Below, in pieces: positions 7,933 through 17,100 of a DNA stretch of 64,000 bases (within the stretch, counting starts at the first letter, position 1; every line of letters starts with the position of its first letter). Both the position numbers and the translations under genes were made by a program. The notes beneath the pieces are model-generated. The model did not search any database and had not been told where the DNA came from. It saw only the letters and a program-made list of their open reading frames with translations. Origin of the DNA: an uncultured Lachnospiraceae bacterium (lineage in GTDB: Bacteria; Bacillota; Clostridia; Lachnospirales; Lachnospiraceae); the NCBI GenBank assembly GCA_947630855.1, contig CANRJF010000002.1, forward strand, positions 1,112-65,111. Direction: 5' to 3'.

Positions 7933-8540
7933 ATGGACACATATAACAACTATCAGGAATTTCTAGGTGATTTAACCACCCGGGGGCAAAATACGCTGGG
8001 GCAGCAGACCCGGTTCCATCCAAAAGAAGCTTTTTTTGCCTTGTTGGAAAAATCTGTGCTAAGCACCAGGCAGGGGATGTTCTCGCCTTTTCTCTACATT
8101 ACCCTTTCCGCCGGTCTGGAACGGGAGGCTGCCATGCTGCTGGCTGCGGCGTTCTGCGTCGGACGAAACGGAGAAGCCCTTACACTCCCTTTATGGAAAT
8201 CCTAATTGACGGAGGAAGAGGAGAATTTGACGCCTCTTTTGTATTGGCTAAAAGAGGAGGAAACAATTTTCTTTCTGGGCTCACAACCGGAGCTGCCCCG
8301 CATCAGTTCCCTCCATCGGCAATACCTGCCCTTTGGCATTCCAATCCAAAAACTGCTTGAAGATAAAAAGCTGTTTGAAACGCTTACGCTTTCTTATGGG
8401 TGGGAATGTGAGAAAACACGACTGGACTTCCTTGGCAGGTACAATTTCCTGCCCGGCAGAATGCGTGACATATTAGAGCTTGCCAAATCCTATGCCTTAA
8501 GCGGCGGAGAGGAAGCCATTACCAGTGACCATTTATTTTC
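7933..8540 (+). pseudogene. N-terminal region of Afp15/Pvc15-type AAA+ protein, interrupted by in-frame TAA at 8203-8205
   Basis: ORFs 7933..8205 and 8206..8691 share one frame and are separated only by a TAA. LDFLGRYNFLPGRMRDILELAKSYALSGG looks like an AAA lid. No GxxxxGK[ST] motif occurs in any track translation here. Confidence 0.5.
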
Positions 8541-8558
8541 GGTGAGGCGGAAAAAAGC

Positions 8559-9029
8559 ATGGCAATCCTGTTTTTTGACGAGGCAGACGTACTTTTTTCA
8601 AAACGGACGGAAATTAAAGAATCAAACGATAAATACAGTAATATGGAAATTGCCTTTTTATTACAGAAAATGGAAGAATATGAGGGTGTAGGCATTCTTG
8701 CCACCAATTATCTGCAAAATTTTGACAGTGCATTCCGGCGGAGAATCAGTGACATCATAGACTTTCCCCTGCCGGATGAAAAACTGCGCAGACAGATGTG
8801 GCAGTCTATGATTCCCTCAAAGCTGCCTGTATCCGATGAACTTGATTTTGATTTCCTGGCAAAACAATTTGAGATTTCCGGCTGCATGATTAAGAATGCT
8901 CTGATTTATGCCAGTTTTCTGGCTGCGGAAGCAAGCGAACCATTGCTTACCATGAAACAAATACTGAAAAGACTTAGCCATGAGCTGGAAAAAAGCGGCA
9001 AAAAGCTTAGCCCTGGCGAATACGGATAA
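8559..9029 (+). CDS. AAA+ ATPase C-terminal part (Walker B to lid), eCIS Afp15/Pvc15-like
   Basis: AILFFDEADVLFSKRTEIKESNDKYSNMEIAFLLQKMEEYEGVGILATN...FRRR...FPLPDEKLRRQMW matches the conserved core of eCIS-associated AAA proteins. The frame differs from the upstream part across an A6 run (8551-8556). Confidence 0.75.
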   Translation: MAILFFDEADVLFSKRTEIKESNDKYSNMEIAFLLQKMEEYEGVGILATNYLQNFDSAFRRRISDIIDFPLPDEKLRRQMWQSMIPSKLPVSDELDFDFLAKQFEISGCMIKNALIYASFLAAEASEPLLTMKQILKRLSHELEKSGKKLSPGEYG

Positions 9030-9030
9030 T

Positions 9031-9479
9031 ATGGCCACCTATTTTAAAGATGAACAAAAAAAGAACGCTGGGAGCTTAAACTCTTAAAGGAAGAACAAAA
9101 AGAACATGTATCAGAAGGTTTAGATTATGAAAATAACCTTTCTTTCACAGACGAAAACAGGAATGCATACAGTAAACGCATGGATACCTTAAATGGCAGG
9201 CTTCTGTGGAAAGAAGCAAAGGAACGGCAGCTTTGCGCCGACCTGCAGCTTATGTTAAACCAGCAAACCAAAGAGGAATATCAAAAAAATCTGTCAGGGC
9301 ACATTCATAATGAACCGGAGCATGGGCAAAAACCAGAAAAAACCAAGAATCGTGACAGTATTATGCAGTGGCTGCTGCAGTCTGGCAGTGAAGCTGCCGG
9401 GAATCAGATGGAGGAGGAGCCGGTTATGCCGGAGGAGAACATAACACAATATCAATCGGATTATCCCCTTCATTCATAA
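9031..9479 (+). pseudogene. hypothetical protein; start codon and body in different frames across an A7 run (9056-9062)
   Basis: The ATG at 9031 gives MATYFKDEQKK and then stops at 9085-9087. The adjoining frame (TKKERWELKLLKEEQKEH...) runs on to 9479. One extra A joins the two. Confidence 0.35.
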
Positions 9480-9580
9480 GTTCTTGCTCATAATAGTGAA
9501 CATACATCTGTATCTGTCCAAAATACTAATGTTTTAAATCCCCCTTTAACTTTATCGTTTACATAAGAACACTTTTAGGG

Positions 9581-9928
9581 TCAATTCTTACCGTTTTTCT
9601 TTACTGTGCTGTGAATATTTTTAATGCTATCCAAATACTCCTCTTCAACCGGCGATAAATTCTGAGCCTGATATTTCCTATATTCTTCTATTGCTTTTCC
9701 GATTGCCTGTGAGTGACTGGTCGTTCCAGCTCCTTGCAGCACCTTTTCACCTGTAGTTTTTAAAACATTATCAAGATGCTCCACATAATCTGCCATATAC
9801 ATAGGATTATGACGCATAGCTTGAAGTTCTGCAAAATCAAAGTAACCTGATACAATGTTATTTAGAATTTTCAATTCCTCATCAGTGAGGTAATTCTTTG
9901 CAATGCTTAATCTTTTTATACGGGAAAA
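9581..9928 (-). pseudogene. RhuM-family protein, C-terminal fragment
   Basis: IAKNYLTDEELKILNNIVSGYFDFAELQAMRHNPMYMADYVEHLD matches the RhuM C-terminal region. The frame is closed by a stop just upstream, and no N-terminal part exists. Confidence 0.65.
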
Positions 9929-9944
9929 TCACCAGAAAAGCTCT

Positions 9945-10331
9945 TCAATCCCATGCAAATTTGGCAATCTGTAGCTCATTGATAATACCACAATCGCAAA
10001 AAAGGACCTCACCTGCATTTAAAAGATAGTTTTCTTCTATCAGTTCCAGTTTATCCAAAACAGTTTTTACATTTGTGTCCTCAAAATCAATTCGACCAGC
10101 TTCTTTTGCCTTCCTCAGATACTCCGCAAAAGCGTCTTCATTCACATCGTCAATTGTGTACTTAGATACTCTTTTCTCCCATGAATAATGAACATTATCA
10201 CGCTTTCGTATCAAAGAATCATAAGTATCCTGATCCATAACAAGATCTCCATCCGCTACTCTTATTCTTGGAACATAGTGTGAAAGAAAGTAGAGGACAG
10301 CCAAAAATGGCGCACTTAAACAAGCTATCAT
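9945..10331 (-). pseudogene. AlbA_2/Schlafen-type DNA-binding protein fragment
   Basis: The 128-aa ORF resembles only the region that follows the AlbA_2 core (TIDDVNEDAFAEYLRKAKEAGRIDFEDTN...LLNAGEVLF). It has no ATPase part and abuts the RhuM fragment. Confidence 0.45.
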
Positions 10332-10591
10332 GAGGTAGCTTCAAATAAGAACGTATGGTTTAGACAAAAGTTATTTAAGAAGCTAATTGTGATTCGGCAA
10401 TAATTCCTTCACGTAGTAAAAGTTTCTTGGCTTGTTTGATAGCCTTAGCTTTTTGTTTTTCAACAAGAGCTTGTGGCATATCTATTTTGTATAACCTGTA
10501 TGCCAGATGGCAGAAACCAGAACAGGCTTTGGCATATAAAAATAAATACATTGAATGTTCCCGCCATCGTCAATAACATTTTAGGTCGCCA

Positions 10592-10730
10592 TGAAAGTTA
10601 GCGAAAGTTAAAATTTTATCTTAATTGCAAAAAGCAATGTCAAAAGCCACATAAAATAAGGTTTTTGACATTGCTTGTACTGCTTTGAAACATAAATTTG
10701 CCAATTAGTGAAAGTTAGCGAAAGTTAAAT
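10592..10730. repeat. 21-bp direct repeats TGAAAGTTAGCGAAAGTTAAA (10592-10612 and 10710-10730)
   Basis: The two copies are exact and 118 bp apart. Each contains an internal GAAAGTTA duplication. They flank the hairpin at 10632-10676. Confidence 0.85.
10632..10676 (-). terminator. 14-bp-stem hairpin, probable terminator of the AlbA_2 gene
   Basis: AAGCAATGTCAAAA and TTTTGACATTGCTT form the stem around a 17-nt loop. In minus sense the stem runs into TTTTTG. Confidence 0.5.
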
Positions 10731-12238
10731 TATGCCCAATATGGTATATATTTTTTATATCTCGGTGCCGTTTCCGGATCCACTGCCTTAATCAGCCCCG
10801 CATCTATTGTATTTTGAATCAAACGTGATGCCTTTGTCATTTCTTGATCCGATAATCCAAACAATTTCCTGATATCTCCATTAGAGACAGCTTCATAATT
10901 GACATAAGCCAGACAAGCCTGCATATAGCAAGTACGGATGCGGTCTTCTTTCGTTGTCATCTCAAAAGGTACTTTTGCAAACAATGCGGCTTTTGTAAAT
11001 TGATTATCTTGATTCTCAATTCTTGGCGCAAGCAACTCGTTTTTTCCAGTAGCCTCTATAATCTTGTCATATCCGCTGCCTCGTTCCTCACAGATACCGC
11101 ATTTATGCATAAATCCGGCAATGTTTTCATTTCGTGACACCGGAACCGTATCTACAATACGGTCTATTGCTACCAATGGAGCACCTGCATTGGAAAACTC
11201 TATTCGATTTTTGAACACTTCCACCATAGGATTCGTTCCACGCTGCTGCAAATCCTGATGAATCATTGCATTTGCCAACAATTCACGAATTGCTATTTCT
11301 GGAAAACTAATAACGGACTTCCTTGTTGCTTCCACTATCACTTCTTCCTGTGGAATAATTGTCATAATATATTGAACAATATCCTCATGCGTAAACGCAT
11401 AACCGCCCGAAAATTCTTTTTCCCTGATTGCATCCAATCTGGAATTTTCTTTATACCAAATAACACGTACAGATCGACGATGAAGATTATCAAACTTTTT
11501 CAAATCCTTCGCAATCATCAACGCTCCCATATTGGTAATGTTCCAATTCCCGGCATCATTTTTAATGATAAACTTCTCATTCTGTAAATCATCCAGAACT
11601 TTATCCCTGTTTCGCGGAATCGGCATATCCATCTTATCATAATACTTGGGATAATCCAATAAAACAACCAACTCCTCTTCCATAACATTACTTTTTGCCA
11701 TGCGAAGCTCATACGGTGTCGTATCAAACGCCTGCCATAATTCTCTTTCCTTATCCGGATATTCTTTCAAATTTTTCTTATTTGTACCAACTCGAATATA
11801 TTCCACTCCTGCAAACTGAACCGGCTGTTTCTCGGCACATGGAATTTCAAGCATTACAACAATTTTTTCTCCCATAGGAATTTCATAAAATTTAAAATTG
11901 ATTCTTGGGGAAACCATGCGTAAAAGCCATGCTTCCAGCTCCTCATTTCCCTTTTTCATTTTCCGATATTGAAACTCTGTACCGATTATCTCATGTGTAT
12001 CATTCTGAATTCCCCAAACAAGATATCCCTTTGTCCTGCCGCATAATGCGGCAGAATTGCTCAATGCTGATATATATTCCCCAATTAACTGCGGTTCTTT
12101 ATTATTGCACTTGAACTCCACCCATTCCGTTTCCGTTGGCAGTTTTACAAGTTCTCGTACAAGGCTTTGCAAATATTCTATGGATGTAATTGACACAAAA
12201 TCACCTCTTTCCGTTCCTATGTATCCAACATATCCCAT
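10730..12238 (-). CDS. AlbA_2 (Schlafen-like) DNA-binding domain plus HATPase_c_4 ATP-binding protein
   Basis: N-terminus is TETEWVEFKCNNKEPQLIGEYISALSNSAALCGRTKGYLVWGI. The central block is IAIRELLANAMIHQDL...IEFSNAG. Confidence 0.75.
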   Translation of the reverse strand: MGYVGYIGTERGDFVSITSIEYLQSLVRELVKLPTETEWVEFKCNNKEPQLIGEYISALSNSAALCGRTKGYLVWGIQNDTHEIIGTEFQYRKMKKGNEELEAWLLRMVSPRINFKFYEIPMGEKIVVMLEIPCAEKQPVQFAGVEYIRVGTNKKNLKEYPDKERELWQAFDTTPYELRMAKSNVMEEELVVLLDYPKYYDKMDMPIPRNRDKVLDDLQNEKFIIKNDAGNWNITNMGALMIAKDLKKFDNLHRRSVRVIWYKENSRLDAIREKEFSGGYAFTHEDIVQYIMTIIPQEEVIVEATRKSVISFPEIAIRELLANAMIHQDLQQRGTNPMVEVFKNRIEFSNAGAPLVAIDRIVDTVPVSRNENIAGFMHKCGICEERGSGYDKIIEATGKNELLAPRIENQDNQFTKAALFAKVPFEMTTKEDRIRTCYMQACLAYVNYEAVSNGDIRKLFGLSDQEMTKASRLIQNTIDAGLIKAVDPETAPRYKKYIPYWA

Positions 12239-12693
12239 TCATCACCTAATACCCACCTGAGCGCAGATAATTTCCCATTTAGCATTCCCCATTCAAAATC
12301 ACTATAAGGTCTCAAGTTTTCTTCTCCATATTTTTCTATAACTTTCCTTGCAGATTCCATAGCACCCTTCCAGATTTCCGGATTTACATCTTCTATCCCC
12401 TGCTCAATGCGATATTCCAAACTCAGATGCCTGTCAAACCATATTTTATCCAAAAACATATTCTCTGCTTCTAAAACTTCTTTCAGTGTGCGTACTTCTT
12501 CTCCTTCAGTATCATCAAATACGGATATCCTTTTCGACTGGTTGCGTATATTCTCACACAAATCGTCCAGTTTTCGTTCAATTCTTGTTATCCCTTGTTC
12601 ATTTACATAGGAAAAGTACGCCAGTTGCTCTTCTTTTGTCATTTCTATTTCCAAATATTCTAAACGAATTCCATACATCTTAGGCATATTCAA
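12217..12693 (-). CDS. hypothetical protein (conserved C-terminus FEWGMLNGKLSALRWVLGDEWDMLDT)
   Basis: 158-aa ORF. The track start is TTG; an ATG lies at 12687. It abuts the upstream 73-aa ORF and overlaps the AlbA_2 gene start by 22 nt. Confidence 0.55.
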   Translation of the reverse strand: MNMPKMYGIRLEYLEIEMTKEEQLAYFSYVNEQGITRIERKLDDLCENIRNQSKRISVFDDTEGEEVRTLKEVLEAENMFLDKIWFDRHLSLEYRIEQGIEDVNPEIWKGAMESARKVIEKYGEENLRPYSDFEWGMLNGKLSALRWVLGDEWDMLDT

Positions 12694-12911
12694 AATATTT
12701 TTGCTCCGTTTCTATAAACGCCCTCCAAATCGTGTCTGTATTTCTTCTTTATCTCACTAAAATTTTGTTGCCCTCTTGGAAAATATACTGCTCCAATCCA
12801 CTTAAAGCCATTAAATTCGCATAGCATATCCTTGCCACCGTCTTTTCCACCCAATGGATGCGAAGGATCAATATCGCGAAATCCCTCCCGCTCTAAGATT
12901 AATGCTGCCAA
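12690..12911 (-). CDS. small hypothetical protein, weak restriction-endonuclease-like (Mrr-type) N-terminal resemblance
   Basis: 73 aa with REGFRDID...GGKDGGKDMLCEFNGFKWIGAVYF. It is too short for a complete nuclease fold. Confidence 0.35.
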   Translation of the reverse strand: MAALILEREGFRDIDPSHPLGGKDGGKDMLCEFNGFKWIGAVYFPRGQQNFSEIKKKYRHDLEGVYRNGAKIF

Positions 12912-13011
12912 CCTTTCCGATGCCGCTTGTCCCTTATACCTTATCCCATTCTAACAGTCTATGAAATGTTTCTCTGCCTTCTGCCCGTCTCAATAAAATC
13001 ACTGTCCAATA

Positions 13012-13236
13012 TTAGTCTTGTAAAATCTCACCTAAAATTTTATATAGTTCTTTTATCTCATCTTTGCTCAAAGTAATCCCTTTCCCCATCTTTTCATGTT
13101 CAGGCGCCCAATCTCTAATATCGTATTTGGCAACTCTCCCATTCCACGAAATAAGATTCAATTCTTTTTTCCATCCTTTAGCACTCTCGGCAAGAACTCC
13201 GAGTTCTTCTAAAATATCATATTTAATATCTGCCAT
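13012..13236 (-). CDS. YdbC-like PC4-family ssDNA-binding protein
   Basis: 74 aa. AKGWKKELNLISWNGRVAKYDIRDWAPEHEKMGKGITLSKDE closely follows the bacterial YdbC/PC4 pattern as I recall it. Confidence 0.75.
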   Translation of the reverse strand: MADIKYDILEELGVLAESAKGWKKELNLISWNGRVAKYDIRDWAPEHEKMGKGITLSKDEIKELYKILGEILQD

Positions 13237-13248
13237 AATATACCTCCG

Positions 13249-14094
13249 CTAAATCTGCATTCCCGTTTTTTCTCTTAAGTAACTATCACACCTGTCATCT
13301 AACACATTTTTGTGATTATTTAAAAAGTCTGATACAAATGGTGCAACCCAATACTGTGATCCGTCTGGAGGCGTATCCCCTACTTCCAGATAATCCATAT
13401 AGTCATATGACATGATAAGTAACGGATTTATTAACACCACCAGAAACAAGAAAGAAATTGTAATAAATATTGCTGCCTCACCAAATTCCTTACATTCCTC
13501 TTTTATTCTGTGTTTCATATCCAATCGGTCATATGATTCATTATAAAATCGGTGACCATTGGAATGCACATAATTATTTAGTCTATCTGCCAACTTATCA
13601 AACGAATACTTTAATTGAAAATGCTTTACCGCCTTTCTTGCGGATGGATGTGAAGCAATACACTTTAAAACAGAACCTATATGCAAATCCTTTTGCTTAT
13701 TATGTACCCAATCCCAAATATTCTTTTCATCTTCATTTAATTGCTGTACATCAACATATTGTGTAAGATCACTATTGTCAGCCACTGTAAAGAGATACAC
13801 ATAATAAAATAAATCATCTCGATATTTACGCAACAAAGAATATGCATCTGCAAAATTAGCATTTATACAGCAGAAACGAATACTCTCCATAGTCCTTGTT
13901 GCAGAATCAAGAATAATATTGCCATTTACCGCCCCCGTCTGCCTAAAAACAGACATATCTCTGCCAAAAGCCAAATAGCCTAATTCGCTGAGAAAATCTC
14001 TGATTTGCGAAAGCAAATCTATCAAAGAGATAAAATCCTGATTTGAACTCACACCATTTCTATTAAGTTCAAACTCATTTATTGACGAAAACAT
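13249..14094 (-). CDS. hypothetical protein with Rx5H motif (possible HEPN-type) and one hydrophobic helix
   Basis: 281 aa. RLNNYVH at aa 171-177 (nt 13564-13584). Hydrophobic stretch AAIFITISFLFLVVLINPLLIM. The gap from the res stop is 17 nt. Confidence 0.55.
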   Translation of the reverse strand: MFSSINEFELNRNGVSSNQDFISLIDLLSQIRDFLSELGYLAFGRDMSVFRQTGAVNGNIILDSATRTMESIRFCCINANFADAYSLLRKYRDDLFYYVYLFTVADNSDLTQYVDVQQLNEDEKNIWDWVHNKQKDLHIGSVLKCIASHPSARKAVKHFQLKYSFDKLADRLNNYVHSNGHRFYNESYDRLDMKHRIKEECKEFGEAAIFITISFLFLVVLINPLLIMSYDYMDYLEVGDTPPDGSQYWVAPFVSDFLNNHKNVLDDRCDSYLREKTGMQI

Positions 14095-14111
14095 ACCTAC
14101 TCCTCATTTCC

Positions 14112-17100
14112 TTACTCACTCTCCTCTACTCCAAATTTCTGTCGAAAATCTTCGTAACTATTTACCCAATCAAATCTTACCTGTTCAGATACTGCCTGAA
14201 AATGCAGTTTACCGCACCGAATCTTGTTCCGCTCCACTTCCTGTAAGTTGACATCCTGCTTATCTGCTTTCGTTTCAACAATAAAGTAAATCCCCAATTC
14301 CGGACTGTGCAAACTATCTTTCCTGCATACAATTGCCCAGTCAGGAGAATAATTTCCATAAGGTGTATCAATGATAAAACCACCCTTTTTCAACTTTGTA
14401 AACAATAATACATTTTGGTTATTCTCAAGCTTCTGTGCAAACTCTTTTTCGCCTTTACTATCCATTTTGTAATACTCATTCATTGCAGAACTACGATTTG
14501 CATTTGCCTGAAATACCCGCCATTCCACATTAAAATCTTCCTCACTGATTGTATCCAGTTCAAAGATATTCCTGCTGTCCAACTCGTACCCGTTGATCAC
14601 TTCATAAGATGTAATATTTTCTGCTTTTATATCATTCAACATCTTTAATATCTTTTGGGTAACTGTATCTAGGATGTCCTGATTATTTAGCAGTTCTCTT
14701 TTCTTAACAGCACGAATAATCTTAAATATGGCAAGTCTCGGCAGCATCGTGTGATACATGATATAATTTGCAATCTCAAAATCACTCTTTGGCTCAGAAT
14801 AGGTTTCAACTTCCAGTTCCTTAGCTCCATAGGATATATCTTCCATAACAAACATTGCAGACTCATTAAATTTTGCCTTGCCAACTTCCACCTTATACTC
14901 ATTCCTTGACTTCATAAACATAAGGTAATTATTAATTTCCAAAGCGCAGTCTTCAATAAATTTATCTTTATCTATCTTGAATTTGTACATGGTACGCTTC
15001 GTAAGATTTTCTCTTAGAGCAAAATAAATCTGTTGAAATTCACCTTCTGAAACAAAGGCTCTTACACAATTTTGGGGCTGTTCATTGTCCCCATTGCGAA
15101 TCTCAATCTTCTTAGTACCTTTTTGTATCATCAGTTCTTTAAACTGCTGTTTAATTTTCTGCATATGTTCATAGAGCGTATCATCAACAAAAGTCATATT
15201 ATCAAAAAGTTTCGTAATTTGAGATGACGTACCTTTTAAAATATTCTCTCCATTCATAACACCAGCGGAAATTAGTTCCTGCTTCAATGTATCTACTAAT
15301 TCCGGTGTAACTTTCCCCTGCGGAACTCCAGCAGTCCTTAATGTGGAAATAAGAATCTCAGCGGTAACTTCATTCTTATCAAAATTCATATTATCGTTAA
15401 AATCTTTTTGCAATGCTGCCGCAAAATGCTCATAGTAATCATTTGCAATAACAGTAAGTTCGTTGATTCTACGGTCTAAACAACGATTCCCCGTAATATC
15501 TACTGGCAGCCTTAAACCCCTTCCAATTTCCTGCTTTTTCGCTATTTCAGAACCGCCTGACTTTAACGTACACAATGTAAATACATTCGGGTTATCCCAC
15601 CCTTCTCGAAGTGCTGAATGAGAGAAAATAAATGCAAGCGGTTCTTCAAAAGATATCAGCTCATCCTTCTTCTCCAAAATCAGGCTGATGCCACGGTCAA
15701 TATCCTCCTGAGACTTTGCCTTAATTTTTAGGTTACTTTCGTCAACTGATGAATCCCATCCGTCAATTTCTACCACATTTTTCTTTGCATCCAAGGCAAA
15801 ATAACCTTCCCTGACTGACTGCACATGCATATAATCAGGAAAGTATTCTTTAAACTTTTCAATTACAACAGCATTTTGCGATATATATTTTTTATATTCT
15901 TCGTCAAATATTCTCAAATATTCTCCTCTGCCATCAGGGGATGTATGATCTCTGACTTTATCCACCGAATCAATGAAAAATAATGTAAGCGCCTTGATTT
16001 TCCTGCCAGCCCTTAAAATATTCATCTGTTTTATAAAATGATTCTGAATCGCAAGTCTTATCTGGATGCGTACCGCTTCATTCTTTTCAATTTCATATGT
16101 ACTATGTCCTTGTTCCAACTCTATTACTTTCTCTTTTGTAGCAATCTGCAATGGTTTTAACTTGTGAGGTTCTTCTGCAATGCGCATATCTTTGTACTGA
16201 GGAAGGTTGCCGGACAGTTCTTCAATAGATACCCCACCACCAACATGAAACATTTTAAAACGAATTGTACCACCCTGTTCCTGTGAAAATATCTCAATTT
16301 TTGCTTTTAAGTCAGAAGTAAAAGATAAATAACGGATATATGGATAATCCTTCGGAATCACTCCATGTACAGTCTTTACTTCAATTCTCTTTACTAAATC
16401 TTTCTGATATGCACCATAAGAATCCAGCTTGTAAATCTGGTTATACAACTGTTTATGGGTAGCTGAATACCGCAAAGTAAATAATGGCTGCAATTCCTCT
16501 ATTGCTTTTAAGGATTTGGATTTATTTCTCTTTGTGCCTTCAATTTTCTGCGGTTCGTCAATAATGATAATCGGTTTAATATACTTAATATCTTCCCAAA
16601 GAATCTGTCCATACTCATCTTCTATTCTTATTTTATTCGTATCTTTATTAAATGCCTGAATATTCATTACGCAAATGCTTAGGTCATTACTCTCTACCAG
16701 TTTTGAGCTGACCTGCTTTGGATTATTACTGTCATAGATAAAACTATGTTTTGATAAATCAATATTATACAGCCTTTTAAAATGATCCTGCAGTTGCTTC
16801 ATTGACTTTTCAACGCCCTTGCGAATAGCAATAGACGGAACTACTATCATAAATTTCTTAAATCCATACTCTTTATACAGTTCCAGTATTGTACGCAGAT
16901 ATACATAAGTCTTACCTGTACCGGTCTCCATTTCTATCGTAAAATTGTTTCCCTCTGCTAATGCAGAATCCGCAAACAAATTATTTTGTAATTGTACGCG
17001 TCTTAAATTCTCCAATAATCGTGAACCCACTACAATATCATTGTTTCTTACCGGATCTCCTTCACCAATTTTACGTGTACGGTTGGGACGATAGATGCCA

